DNA from: Chiloscyllium plagiosum
Lineage: Eukaryota
Reading direction: 5' to 3'
Length of the DNA stretch: 64,000 nucleotides
NCBI RefSeq assembly: GCF_004010195.1
Contig: NC_057753.1
Location: 9,078,466 to 9,142,465 of the forward strand
Positions 27,265 through 39,779 of the stretch are shown here, piece after piece; positions within the stretch are counted from its first letter, which is position 1; the number at the start of each line of letters is the position of its first letter. Both the position numbers and the translations under genes were made by a program. The notes under the pieces were generated by a model. The model saw nothing but the letters and a program-made list of their open reading frames with translations. It was not told where the DNA came from and did no database searches.

Positions 27265-27800
27265 TTTATTTATATGTCCATTGGGGAGACTGGATGCCAA
27301 CTTGCAGAATATTTCAGGGAACAGCTCTTGGACTCCAAAAGTAAACGACCCCACCGCCCTGTGGCTGAATACTTTAACTCCCCCTCCCAATCCGTCAAGG
27401 GCATGCAAGTCCTGGGCCGCATCCCCCTCCAAGCTCTTGCTACCTGACGCTTTTAGGAAGAACACTTCATTTTCCTCCTTGGGATCCACCAACTACATGG
27501 GATCAATGTCGATTTCACCAGCTTCCATATTTTCCCTCACCCTCACTTCCACACCACGCGCCTTGTCCCAGATCCAACCTTCCAACTCGGCATTGGCCTC
27601 TTGAGCTGTCCTACCTTTTCATCTTGCTTCCCACCAATTCTCTCCACCCTCCTGTCTTACCTCTCATGATATCTCCCCACTTCCATCGACCTATTTCATT
27701 CACAGCTACCTCCCCTCCATCCCCATCTCCTTCCCAATTATCTCTCAGCCCACTTGGACCAACCTTCATTCCTGATGAAGAACTAATGCTCTAAACCAAG
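27265..27800 (+). mobile_element. Penelope-like element 3' fragment (GIY-YIG endonuclease C-terminal part plus terminal region)
   Basis: SIGETGCQLAEYFREQL..PHRPVAEYFNSPS translation (YIGET motif); ends in ATTCCTGATGAAG. Confidence 0.8.
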
Positions 27801-27828
27801 ACCGAGGTAAAGGAACATCCTTAATAAG

Positions 27829-28058
27829 AAAGAGCCCCCAATTCAGGTTTATTCCCCGTTTGTTTCCCCGTCTTCTAGAAATAAGAAATGTCTTTTTCTT
27901 CCACTAGAAAGTGGTCTTATACTTTGCGGTGTCTGAAGTGTTAAAAGAGCCCCCAATTCAGGTTTATTCCCCTTTGTTTCCCCGTTCTTCTAGAAATAAG
28001 AAATGTCTTTTTCTTCCACTAGAAAGTGGTCTTATACTTTGCGGTGTCTGAAGTGTTA
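27829..28058. repeat. tandem duplication, 2 x ~115 bp
   Basis: AAAGAGCCCCCAATTCAGG...GTCTGAAGTGTTA occurs twice, nearly identical; single copy in the paralog near 62690-62810. Confidence 0.92.
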
Positions 28059-28799
28059 TACCACTCAAATTCTTTGCCCACCTTTTAAGAATCCTTTCAA
28101 CCTGTTTTTCGGACAATGGTGGTGGTGCCCAAAAGCAATCATTTCACTCCTCTTCAATGTGCCATTTATCCTCCTATGCACCACTTTGACATGTTGTCTG
28201 AGTGTACTTGGTTTTCAAAATGTAATTTGGCCATTGAAGTGAACAGGGTTAATCTTTATCGATCACTAGCTTTGTTTGCACTAACTGTAATTATCCACCA
28301 ATTTGCTGTTTTTTGTTCCACCAAAGCTGGAAACAATTATCTGTATTTATGTTGCACTCAGGTGTGAAAAATCAACCCAAAAACCGTCATATTATTATAG
28401 TTGACTCAAGCTATAACAGGAGGCATTGTGTGGCAGTTTAAGAATAAAAATGTGGCTGGAAAGAATGTATATTGATGAGGAAAGTCAAAAAGCAGAATCT
28501 CTGGCTACAATCTATCAGTCTGGCTTGATAAAGTAGTGGCTCTTCAAAAGCACCTTACAAGCCATCACCTCAACCACCAAGAGCTGGAAAGTGTGAACAC
28601 AGCATTCCAACTGAAATATATCGCATTGCTTCTTTGTTATTGATCAAAATCCTGGAATTCGCTCCTGAACATTATTGCAGACCACATCATAATTGTGAAG
28701 CAATTTAAGAGGCAGCTCAGCACCACTTTTTCAAGGACAGTTTGGGAAGGGTTGTTGGCAGAGCCAATGATATTCACATCTCATGAAATAATAAGCAAA

Positions 28800-29800
28800 G
28801 AGGCATGGACAGAGGATTAGCTAATCAATGATACAATTGGGATAAGGGGCATGTTCAGGATAGCAAATTGTAACTAGTAGTGTGCCACAGGGATCAGTGC
28901 TGGGGCCAAAATTATTTACAAAATGTATATGAAATCCTTGGATAAGTAAAGTGAATGCACTATTGCCAAGACTGCAGAAGAGGCGGTTGATGGGAAGGCA
29001 GGTGGTAAGAATGACATGAAATATCTGCAGAGGGATATAGACAGGTTAAGCAAATGAGCAAACCTTTGTCAGACGGAATCGAATGTGGGGAAATGAAGTT
29101 GTGCACTTTGGCAGGAGGAAAAGTGTTGAATGTTAAATGGAGAAAGCTGTTGAATAGAGGGATTTGGAAGCCCATATCCATGCATCCCTTCAGCCAAATT
29201 CAGTGAGTAATATGGAAGGCAAATGGGAGGTTGCCCTTTAAATAGAGTATAAACTAGGGAGGTTATAGTGAACCTATGTCAGGCACCAGTCAAGCCACAA
29301 CTGAACACTGGGAGGGTCCTTTACCTAAGGAAAGATATACTGGCATTGTAGGCAGTCCAGAGAAGGTTGACCAGGATGATATCAGGGATGGAAAGAATAT
29401 CATATGAAGAGAAGTGAATAGGTTGGGCCTGTACTTATTCGAAGTTAGAAGATTTAGAGGTAACCTTATTTTCACATAAAAGATTCTAAAGATACTTGAC
29501 GGGCTTGATGTGGAAAAGTTTACCTTTGTGGGTGAGTCTAGCACCAGAGGGAATAACCTGCAAATGAGGGATTGCATGTTGCAGACAGATAGGAATTGTT
29601 ACTGAGGGCAGTAAATCTGTGGAACATGTTACTACAGAGTGTTGTTGAGCTTGGGTCATGAAGTACATTCAAGGCTGTCAGATTTTTTTTAACCAGTGAG
29701 GGAATTGATGATTATGGGGAAATGGCAGGGAATTGGAGTTGATGTTTACCAGAGCAAACGTGATCTGAATAAATGGCAGAATTGATTCAATGGGCTGAAT
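28800..29800 (+). mobile_element. old CR1-clade LINE ORF2 3' fragment
   Basis: VTSSVPQGSVLGP.LF RT motif at ~28870-28920; later LSYEE..RLGLY..E.RR.RG.LI-like motif; many stops. Confidence 0.8.
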
Positions 29801-30387
29801 TGAATGGTAAGTAATAAAGGGGAAAAGGATACAACTGGCAACTACAGGCCAGTCAGTGTTGGAAAATTAGAGATTGTACGGAGTTGGTGGCATTTTGGCA
29901 TTGTTACTGGATTTAACATCTGGCGTTTCAAATTGGTGCTGCTATGTCCCCGATGCACTTTGAAATCAATTAATATATCTGGAATATAAAGCTTGTCGCT
30001 ACTTTGGTGACCTTAGCAATTGATATAAGGACCTATCTTGTGAAGGAACGAGATCTTTAGTCCTTACCCAGTTAGGCGATTGTGTCATTCTTGATCCACA
30101 GTAATGTGGTTAACTCGTAACTGCCCTCTGAAATGGAACTTGGTTTTTCTGGGAGATAAAGTGCCACATCCCATGAATGAATAAAGGAAAATATTCAGCA
30201 GAAAATTGTCACTGAAGTGAAGATTGTGATCTAGTGATAATGGTTGAGTAACCCAGAGATCTAGGTCTTTTGAAAACAAAAATTCAAATCCCATCATGGC
30301 AGTCAGTGGACTTTATGTTCAACTAATATAAACATCTGGAAGTGAGAGTTTGCCTCAGTCCTGGCCGCTCGGAAACCATTATTGATT

Positions 30388-30579
30388 AAAACAATGAACT
30401 GCAGATGTTGCAGATCGGAAACAAAAGGCACAATTACTGGGGCATCGCAGCAGGTCTGGCAGCATCTGTGGAGAGAAAACAGTTAGTGTTTTGAATTCAC
30501 TCACTTTTGAAGGACCACTGGACACAAAACAGTAACACTAATCTCTTCATAGATGCTGCCAGAACTGTTCTGTATCTCC
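30388..30579. mobile_element. old fold-back Penelope-terminus-like insertion with 14-bp TSD
   Basis: AACCATTATTGATT at 30374-30387 and 30580-30593; internal inverted arms (TCTGGCAGCATCT / AGATGCTGCCAGA). Confidence 0.7.
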
Positions 30580-30974
30580 AACCATTATTGATTGATTGCT
30601 GTGAAATTATTCCTTTATGGAGGGAAATCTACCATTCATCAACCCTGTGCGTGCACAGGGACCATGTGATTCCAGACCTATTACAGTGTGGGGTTGACCC
30701 TCAGCTGCCTTCTTGCATGTAGTCAATTACTCGGTCCAAGGGACATGAGGGACGGTGAGAAAATGCACATGCTTGCAACAATCACATGCCACAATTTATT
30801 TTACAAGAAAAGCATCGGTTAATGAAAGACAGCGAAGACAAATTGCTATGGGGATGTCATGCCCAACTGATTTGATTTCCTTGTAGTAATACGATAATTG
30901 CAAGTATTTTTAAAAATCGTCTTCAGAGGTTACACCACTGTAGGAATACTGCATGCAATTCTGACTGTCTGCTT

Positions 30975-31485
30975 AGCGAAGGATGTTGTGAAATTTGAAA
31001 GAGTTTAGAAAAGATTTACAAGGACGCTGCCAGGGTTGGAGAGTTTGAGCGTGAGGAAAAGACTGAACAGACAGGGGCTATTTTCTCTGGAGGTTTGGAG
31101 GCTGAGGGGTGACTTTATAGAAGTTCATAAAATTATGAGGGGCTTGGATAGGGTAAATAGGAAAGGTATTTTCCCTGGGGTCGGGGGGGGCATCAAAAAC
31201 TAGAGTGCATAGATTTAAGGTTAATAGCAAATGGAGTTAATATAGATAACCGTGAGGTCTCACAGTTTGGATAGTCGAATCAAGGTAGGAGTTTCATGGT
31301 GAATGGTTGGACCTGTCGTGGAACAGAGGGATCTTGGAATAGGTTCACAGTTCACGGAAAGTGGAATCATAGTTAAAAGTATTTCGGCACACTGGTCTTC
31401 ATCAATTAGAGCGTTGAGTATAGAAGTTGGGAATTGATGTTGCACTTATACAGAATGTTGGTGAGGCTGCACTTGGAGTATGAAA
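30975..31485 (+). mobile_element. CR1-clade LINE fragments (two abutting pieces)
   Basis: KDVVKFERV.KRFTRTLPGLESLS...RLNR.GLFSLE..RLRGDFIEV translation; second piece with QRDLGI.V and LVR.HLEY motifs. Confidence 0.8.
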
Positions 31486-32185
31486 TAAATTCAGTGCTAT
31501 ATTGAAGGCAGGAAAGAATAACAAACATATACTGTTTGGAGAGCCATAATATATGTATCTAAATACGATAGTGAATTAGAGTCGAGATAAGCACCAAATA
31601 ATAATGTTCTTCTGGCAAGCACCGAATTTGTTTCATTTGCAGTATTTCGAACCAAGAGATCTAGGGGTGCACGTTCATAGTTCCAAGAAAGTCGAGTGAC
31701 AGGTTGACAGGGTGGTGAAGAAGCCTTTCAGCCTGCTTCCTTTCATCAGTCCAAGTATTGAGCACTGGAGTTGGGACATCTTGTTGCAACTGTCACACAT
31801 GCCCTTCTCTGACTGCCATCCCTTTGAATATCAGGGGGAAGACACCCCTTTAATTGTGATGTTCAGGAAAGATGCCTTACTTCAACAAAAATGTGCTGTA
31901 CTCACAGATGTTTGGACAGAGGAAGGAAGTTGCAGTCTGGGGTGAAGCTCAATCTTCATTCAGAAAGAGAGGAACGGCAGTAGCTTCAGAAGCCCATGGT
32001 CCAACTTGCACATTCAGTCAATAGAGGGGTTCTGATTGACAAGAGGACCCGGCAAATTCTGGTCCTTTAGGGCTCCCCATTGGTCAATCCCCAGTCACGG
32101 CACTGCCTGCACTGGGTGACGCGAGCGATGGGAGACAGTCAGCCTGGAAATGCAGGAATGTCACTGCCAACCACCGCGAATCCAA

Positions 32186-32221
32186 ACACACACACACGCA
32201 CGCATACACACACACACACAC
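32186..32221. repeat. (CA)n microsatellite, imperfect
   Basis: ACACACACACACGCACGCATACACACACACACACAC. Confidence 0.9.
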
Positions 32222-32439
32222 TTGTGGGCATCACAATGTAAACGTTATCCAATGAGCTTCAGATGGAAACTGTCTGTTCTCGGCAAAATCTGGGAGCAAA
32301 GCAATGTTTCCCCCTTTCCATTCCTCATCCTGGAGGGCGAGAGAAGGGGGGAAGCACTGTTCACTTGCAGCAACTGGAGGGAGAGAGTATGAATCCAAAC
32401 AGGGAGCAGACCCTGCAAAGATCGGTTTCAGTTGGCTTC

Positions 32440-32975
32440 TTGTGGAATATTGTGTGCAATTCTGGTCTCCCTCCAATAGGAAGACTGCTGTGAAACTTGA
32501 AAGGATTCAGAAAAGATTCATAAGGATGTTGCCAGGGTAAGATGGTTTGAACCACAGGGAGAGGCTGAATAGGATGGGGCTGTTTTCCCTGGAGCGTCGC
32601 AGGCTGAGTGATTTTTTTAAGAAGAGGTTTATAAAAACTTGAGGGGCGTGGATGGAGTGAATAGACAAGATCTTTTCCCAGGGATGGGGGAGTGCAGAAT
32701 TAGAGGGCATAGGTTGTGGGCGAGCGGCGAAAAATTTAAAAGGGACCTTGCAGTCAACCTTTACATGCAGACGGTTGTGCATGCATGGAATGAGCTGCCA
32801 GAGGAAGTGTTGGAGGCTGGTGGAGGCATCTGGATGGGTATGTGAATAAAAAGGATTGAGAGGGATATGGCCCAAGTGCTGGCAAATGGGACAAGATTAA
32901 TTTTGGATATCCGGTCGGCTTGGACAATTTAGATTGAAGGGTCTGTTTCTGTGCTTTACGTCTCTGACTCTATGA
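32440..32975 (+). mobile_element. CR1-clade LINE 3' end fragment
   Basis: EYCVQFWSPSNRKTAVKLERIQKRFIRMLPG; WNELPEEV; 3' tail GAAGGGTCTGTTTCTGTGCT..TGACTCTATGA. Confidence 0.87.
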
Positions 32976-33928
32976 ATGGTGAAAAGTATTGGCATTCGTC
33001 GAAACATTTATGCAACAGAAAATTATAAGCGGGTAAAGACAAGCCTCATGTCATTGATCCATGAATCCTGGTGCAGTATGGATGCATTTCCAGTAATAGA
33101 GTCAGTATGACATGGAAGGAGTCCAAAACGACGACTTCTTTTACAAAACTTCACGCGTAAATCCGAGTCTTCTGGGAATCTAACATAACCGTGTGTTAAT
33201 ATAAGATAGATAAGTCTAGGGTATATGGTACATATTCTATGGAATGTTTGTGGCTCTAAAAGCCTGGTTTGCAGTTGTTTCTGGGCTCGTAATATTCTAC
33301 TGCAGCATATTGTATATCTTCAGTAAGAACGTCAATACCGCATAATAGATGTCCATTCAGGAACTTGAGTCCATGTGAACTCTTCATGGAGCATGCAATC
33401 CACCACATTACCCTGCTGTATACATTTACATATAGATCAGCACAAAGATCTTGGGTATAAAGAGAGGAAAGAATGTTTAAGGTGTAGGTTTGCTCGCTGA
33501 GCTGTAGGTTTGATATCCAGGAAATAATGTTCCACAGAAACTAGAATGATTTGTTCTGATTATCTATTGTGGACTGACAGCGATGACCTTTGCAATCTCT
33601 TTTCACAGGAATATTATAAGAGAAGAATTTGGAGGTAGAAATCTCAGACCAAACATCACATCAAAGTCTGTCAGTCACTTGACTTGGATATTGATGGCCT
33701 TGACAACAAAGAGGAGACGGTCTGTCTGCTTAGTATGGTTGTAAACGTCAGTGTGACTGGAAACTCAGAGTCTCACATACCAGAGTAGTGACTGGAACAT
33801 GTTTTACAGACTGAGTGAGAGTGTTCCAATTATCAGAGGATTCACCAGTAACATCATACACATGCTGTAAGCGTGAGTGAGTTTTCAACTGATCGTTGAA
33901 CCTGGAGAAAGACGAGGACACCTGCACC

Positions 33929-34117
33929 ATGGAGAAACCGTGGAAATGCTGGGAGTGTAAGGACGGTTTCCCTTCCCCGCCTGCACTGGACATTCATCAG
34001 CATTTACACACTGGGCAGCGGCCGTTCACCTGCACTCAGCGCGGGAAAGGCTTCACTCAGTCGCATCACTTCCCGGTCCACACCGGGGAGAAACCGTTCA
34101 TCTGTCCCATATGCTGA
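33929..34117 (+). pseudogene. C2H2 zinc-finger gene remnant (MEKPWKC-type start), 2-3 degenerate fingers
   Basis: MEKPWKCWECKDGFPSPPALDIHQHLHTGQRPFTCTQRGKGFTQSHHFPVHTGEKPFICPIC*; a Cys is lost, finger 2 has a deletion and there is an early stop. Candidate splice acceptor TCTCTTTTCACAG ends at 33608. Confidence 0.85.
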
Positions 34118-34546
34118 AGCAGATTAAGAACATATTTTTAAAAATCCTGGATGGTGCATATGAGGGGTATACCTGAAATAAATACATTTGTCTCTGTCCC
34201 ATTGAGTCTCCAGCACAGGGCCAGGCCGGGCAACTCAATTGATCTCTGTCAGTGTTTATTCTCCACTTGAGCCTCCACCCACCCCTCTTCATTGACTCCC
34301 ATCTCCCCTCCATCAGCATAAAGGTATTTTCGAAAATTAACTTTACACTACTTGACTTTTACGAAAGACCTACATTAATAACTGTTTTCACAAACCAAAA
34401 GAAATCCCAAGAGGATTTTCGCTTTTACAAAGAAAGGTATAATCTCAATTAATTCATGGTAATTGCTTCTTCGCTTTACTCCATGTCAGTTTACGAAAGG
34501 TTTCATAGGAATGCTCTACTTTCAGATAGTGGGGGAAACCTGTAGT

Positions 34547-34827
34547 GGGGCGGCACAGTGGCTCAGTGGTTAGCACTGCTTCCTCACAGCACCAGGGACC
34601 CAGGTTCGATTTCTGTGGAGTTTGCACATTATCCCCGTGTTTGCGTAGGTTTCCTCCCACAATCCAAAGATGTGCAGATCAGGTGAATTGGTCATGCTAA
34701 TTGCTGATAGTATTGGGTGCATTAGTCAGGGGTAAATATGGAATGGGTCTGGCTGGGTTACTCTTCCGAGGGTTGGTGTAGACTTGTTGGGCCGAAGAGC
34801 TTGTTTCCATACTGTAGGGAATCTAAT
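34547..34827 (+). mobile_element. tRNA-derived SINE (HE1-like)
   Basis: GGGCGGCACAGTGGCTCAGTGGTTAGCACTGC..CCTCACAGC.CCAGGGACCCAGGTTCGATT (Pol III A and B boxes); LINE-like tail GGGCCGAAG.GC.TGTTTCCATACTGTAGGGAATCTAAT. Confidence 0.88.
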
Positions 34828-35104
34828 ACACTGAACCTGCTGTTTATTGCCCATGTGTGGTTTCTGTTCCTCTGTTCACCTCCGGTTCATGTGTCTATCA
34901 AGATACACCTTAAACGTTGTTAAGGTGCCTGTTTCCACCACCTGCACTGACAGTGCGTTCCAGGAACCCCCACCACCCCTCTGTGTGAATCCCCCCCTCC
35001 CCACCACCACCATCTCTCCCCAACCAGTCCCCTCTCGTCTTGAACCTGTGCCCTCTTTTAGTTGACCTTTCCACCCTGGAGGGAAAAAAGCCTCTGACTA
35101 TCAT

Positions 35105-35501
35105 AGAATCTCTCCAGGGTGGAAACAGACGATTCAGTCCAACAAGTCAACAGCGACCCTCCAAAGATTAACCCACAGGGACTCATTCTCCTCCCCCTAT
35201 TACTCTATATTTACCCCTGACTAATGCACCTGACATACACATCACTGAACACTGGGGCAATTTACACACAAACAATCCAACTTAACCTGCCTGTCACTGG
35301 ACACTATGGGTAATTTAGTATGCCTAATCCACTCTAACCTACACATTTTTGGAATGTAGGAGGTAGCCCATACAGTCATGACAGGTGAGGTGCAGTGAGA
35401 ATGTGCAAACTGCACACAGACAGTCACCTGAGACTGAAATCGAACTCGGATCTCTGGCACTGTGAGGCATCAATGAAAACCACTGAGCTACCCTGCCACC
35501 C
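35105..35501 (-). mobile_element. tRNA-derived SINE (HE1-like)
   Basis: Reverse complement has GGCAGGGTAGCTCAGTGGTT, GTTCGATT and TTTGCACATTCTC, and the same tail as the other copies. Confidence 0.8.
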
Positions 35502-35504
35502 CAG

Positions 35505-36310
35505 TCCAGACAATCTGTGTGTCTCATCGTTTTGTCGAGGTCTCCGCTCAGCCTCTGTCTTTCTAGAGAAAACAATCTCGGTTTATTCCACTTCTCGTCA
35601 TAACGAGAGCCCTTCAGACCAGGCAATGTCCTGGTGAACCTTGTCTGTACCCTCTGCCAGAGCACCCACATCCTTTCGGAAGTGTGGCGACCAGAATTGC
35701 ACGTAGTATTCCGAATGTGGTCAGAATAAATAGCTGTAACATAACTCGCCAACTCTTACACTCAAGGAAGCGTGCTGTGTTTCTTCTTGACCACCGTACC
35801 CACCTGCATTACCACTTCCACGAATCTATATGCCCAAATCCTTCTGTATGCCAATGCTGCTATGAGTTCTGCCATTTATCATAGAATTCTTATATTTCCT
35901 TCGTCTCTATCCAGCTTCACCTTAATTGTCTTTCTCTCTTCATCTCCCCCCACCCCCTCCCCCCAATCCTCCACACATCAGCATATCATAAGTCCATAGG
36001 ATGTTCTTTATATGTTAGATCTTTCATTCCCGGACCATTCTCAAGAACCTCCTCTGAACATGTTCCAGGGCTATCCTTCCTGAGATATTTACGCCAAAAC
36101 TGCATTCAGTACTCCAATTGTGGCCTGACCAGAACCTTACACAGTCTCAGAAGTACATCCCTGTTTTTATATTCAAGTCTGATCAAAATAAATGCAGTTG
36201 TTGCATTTGCCTCCCCAACTAGTGACTCAACCTTCAAGTTTACCTTGAGAGAATCCTGTGGTAGAACTCCATAGTCCCTTTGCACATCAGATTTCTGAAT
36301 TTTCTCCCCA
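35505..36310 (-). mobile_element. CR1-clade LINE fragments
   Basis: Minus-strand translations RVQTRFTRTLPGLKG.RY...LFSLERQRLSGDL and QRDYGVL.QDSLK...EYKNRDVLLRLCKVLVRPQLEY. Confidence 0.75.
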
Positions 36311-36635
36311 TAATCCTTCTGTTCCACAGTAGCAGAAGAGATTTCCAGACACATTGATTATTTTTAGGGATACCAAGGGATCTTGAGAATTGCCAGTATC
36401 TCAGGAGGAGTCAGAGAGAAATGTGGTATGGTCCTGTAAACTTCAGAACTTTCCAAACTGCCCGAGTCAGCAATAACTCTTTCTGGACCAAGAAACAAAA
36501 GGGCCACTGAGAAATTGCGACGTAATAAGACCTCAGAGGCAGAAATTAAGCCATTCAGCCTTTTGAGTCTGCCCCACCATACAATCATTCTTAAGTATCA
36601 AGGGTTACGGGGAGTTTGGGTAAGAAACTTATTAG

Positions 36636-36848
36636 ATATGGAAATGTGTTGATGGAAAAGCGCAGCAGGTCATGCAGCATCTAGGGAACAGGAGAATCGA
36701 CGTTTCGGGCATTAGCCCTTCCTGAGGAAGGGCTAATGCCCGTAACGTCGATTCTCCTGTTCCCTAGATGCTGCCTGACCTGCTGCGCTTTTCCAGCAAC
36801 ACATTTCCATCTCTGATCTCCAGCATCTGCAGACCTCACTTTCTCCTC
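36636..36848. mobile_element. fold-back (hairpin) insertion derived from a Penelope-like terminus, 15-bp TSD
   Basis: Arms 36634-36723 and 36725-36814 are reverse complements (about 4 mismatches in 90 bp). TSD TAAGAAACTTATTAG at 36621-36635 and 36849-36863. Confidence 0.92.
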
Positions 36849-38194
36849 TAAGAAACTTATTAGCCATGATTGAATAGTGGAGCAGACTCAATGGGCTGAA
36901 TGGCCTAATTTCTGCTAGTTAACCATCCCTGAGAAGAAGGATGCAAAAAACAAGTTGTTTCCTGGGACAGATGAGCTAAGTGTTTAATAATCTCATGACA
37001 AAAGGACAATTAAGTATGTCTGTGGAAGAAAGGCCCTGACGTAAAGGGTTTTTTTTTTGCAGGACAGGCTGTATCAAACAAGCCGCTAAACCTCGAGGAT
37101 AAGAAGGTAAACTACAGACCTGAGATCTCCAGATGTGTGGGGAGGTGGTATTAGAATCTGAAGAATCGTCACACCACAGATTTGAAAGTGAGGAATCTCC
37201 ACCAGAATTTAACTCCAGAAAGATGCAGCAGCAGTACTTGGAAGAACAACACCGCAGTGAATCCCTGGACACTTCCAGAGTTAGATACTGTCGGTGAAAA
37301 CTCAGTTAAATTCTGCCATCGATTGGGTGATAGCCACGTTTGGGTGAGGTTGAACTTGGTTACTTGAGAGGTTTTGTTTTTGGTTGCCACATACAATAAA
37401 GTGTAAATCATTCTTTCAGCAGTTGATTCTATGTGCAGTTTCTGAGTCAGGAGCCAAATTAAGGCAATTCACCCACAACCACAGCAAGACGCTGGGATTA
37501 ATATTGACTCCATTGCATTCAGCAGGAACATCACATCAATACTGTTATAAAGCAAAGGCTGACACTACCACCGCAGATCTCAAACCGAAACACCCAGAGG
37601 AGCGCATCGCCCTATAAACTGTAAAATTAGCATGAAAAGTGGTGTAACCTGCTCTAGCGATAAAAATAAATCTCCAATACTTTAAAATCAACAATCAGCA
37701 ATTTATTTATCTAACTCTCACGGTGAACAAATGAACAAAACTATTAACAAACTGGATACAGGCCAGGAGCAGATGGGTGGCACTAGTTTAGTTGGGGATC
37801 ATGGACTGGTTGGTCTGAAGGGTCTGTTCCAGGCTGCATGACTCCATAGCAGTGAATGAATGGGAATCCAACCCAAAGACGATAAAGGCTTCAAGCACCA
37901 CCTGAGGCAAATGTGTCGACTCCATCCAGATAACTGAGGGCAGTGGGGCACTGTGAGGGTCAGTAGATCAGACAGTCAGCCAGCAAGTTCTCTCCGGGAG
38001 ACTTGTCTCAAGAAAGGAAGTGGTTTCCTGTCCCATCAGCCAGATTTTCAGTTTGGATTAAGTCCTACATTTCCAACAAAACAGGTAGACAGGGCANNNN
38101 NNNNNNNNNNNNNNNNNNNNNNNNNNNNNNNNNTTCCTGTCCCATCAGCCAGATTATTCAGTTTGGATTAAGTCCTACATTTCCAACAAAACAG

Positions 38195-39065
38195 GTAGAC
38201 AGGGCAATGAAGAAGGCTTTAGGCACACTGGCCTTCATCAGTCAGGGCATTGAGTATAGAAGTTGACAAGTTATGTTGCTGTTAATCAGGACATTGATGA
38301 GGCTGCATTTGGAGTATTGTCATCAATTTTGATCACCTTGCTATAACAAAAATGTTATTAAACTTGGAAGAGTGCTGAAGACATATAAAAGGATGTTGCC
38401 AGGACTCAAGTGTCTGAGTAAAAGGGAGGGATTGGACAAGCTAAGACGTTTTTATTTAGAGCTTAAGAGACTGACGGGGGTGGGGGCCTTATCGAAGTGA
38501 AGAGATCATGAGAGACATGGAGAGGGTGAATGCAGTCAATCTTCCCGGTGTTGGGGAATTGAGGGCTAGAGGGCTTCAGTTTAAGGTGAGAGGGAAAGAA
38601 TAAAAGGGAATGTGAGGGGCAACGTTTTCTTTCCGCAGATAGTAGTACACATATGGAATGAGCTGCCAGTGGAAGTGGTTGAGGTGGTACATTAACAACA
38701 TTGAAAAAGCATTTGGACAAATACATGGAGAGGAAAAGTATGGAAGGAAATGGGCTGGAAATGTGTTGCTGGAAAAGCGCAGCAGGTCAGGCAGCATCCA
38801 GGGAACAGGAGAATCGACGTTTCGGGCATAGAAGGGCTTATGCCCGAAACGTTGATTCTCCTGTTCCCTGGATGCTGCCTGACCTGCTGCGCTTTTCCAG
38901 CAACACATTTCCAGCTCTGATCTCCAGCATCTGCAGCCCTCACTTTCTCCCCATGGAAGGAAATGGGCCAAGTACAGGGAAATGGGCTTAGTGTTGATGG
39001 ACATTTTGGTTGTCATGGACCAGCTTGGGCCGATGGGTCTGTCTCCATACTGTAGGACTCTATGG
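38195..39065 (+). mobile_element. CR1-clade LINE 3' fragment interrupted by a fold-back insertion
   Basis: AMKKALGTLAFISQGIEYRS, WNELP and KKHLDKYMERK translations, plus the 3' tail GGGCCGATGGGTCTGTCTCCATACTGTAGGACTCTATG. Confidence 0.85.
38756..38952. mobile_element. fold-back (hairpin) insertion derived from a Penelope-like terminus, 16-bp TSD
   Basis: Arms 38754-38830 and 38839-38915 (77 bp, 1 mismatch seen), loop GAAGGGCT. TSD ATGGAAGGAAATGGGC at 38740-38755 and 38953-38968. Confidence 0.92.
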
Positions 39066-39395
39066 CACGTGTCTCTTTGTCGCTCCGAATGCGTTGAATT
39101 TCCAGATGAACATCTCACTAAATCAGGCCGAATAAAATCCAATCTCATTCGTCAACTCTGATGCGGAGGTGCTGGTGCTGAATTGGGGTGGACAAGGTCA
39201 GAAGTCACACAGCACCAGATGCAGTGATGAAGCAGCAGCACTCACGAAGCTTGCAATTTCAAATAAACCTGTTGCACTGTAACATGGCGTCGTGTGACTT
39301 CTGACTTCTTCAACTCTGGGTTTGTATCAAACTTGATGGGATACTTTGTCCAACTCGGTATATTTAAACTGAATGGCTTTGAGGAATTTCTTTTC

Positions 39396-39756
39396 GATTA
39401 GATTAGATTCCCTATAGCATGGAAACATGTCCTTTGGCCTAACAAGTCCACACCAGCCCTCCGCAGAGTAACCCACCCAGACCCATTCCCCTATCCCTAT
39501 TCCTCTACATTTACCCCTGACTAATGCACCACACCTACACATCCCTGAACACTATGGGACAATTTAGTTGGGCTAATCCATCCGAAACTGCACATCTTTA
39601 GACTGTGGGAGGAAACCAGAGCACTCGAAGGTAACACATGCAGACGTGGTGATGCAACGTGCAAGCTACACACAGACTGTCAACCAGAGGGAGGAATTGA
39701 ACCCAGGTCAGCATCATGAGGTAGTGGTGCGAACCACTGAGTCACCGTGCCACCCC
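39396..39756 (-). mobile_element. tRNA-derived SINE (HE1-like), near full length
   Basis: Minus strand GGGGTGGCACGGTGACTCAGTGGTTCGCAC..GACCTGGGTTCAATTCC head and (AATCT)n tail. Confidence 0.87.
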
Positions 39757-39779
39757 TGAGCCACCAGGTCAGAGGACAA

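Larger units (their letters stand above)
23699..29255 (+). repeat. segmental duplication copy A (paralogous to ~58595-64000)
   Basis: Colinear similarity throughout. Both copies have the same order: Penelope fragment, CR1 fragment, ZNF pseudogene, two SINEs, CR1 end, tRNA-iMet pseudogene, Penelope fragment, CR1. Confidence 0.93.

Noticed and set aside
34547..34620. tRNA-like A/B boxes at SINE heads as tRNA genes
   Set aside because: They continue into the SINE body and LINE-derived tail, and there is no acceptor stem.
38025..38206. 72-bp direct repeat flanking a 37-N gap
   Set aside because: Nearly identical sequence on both sides of a gap is typical of an unmerged contig overlap.
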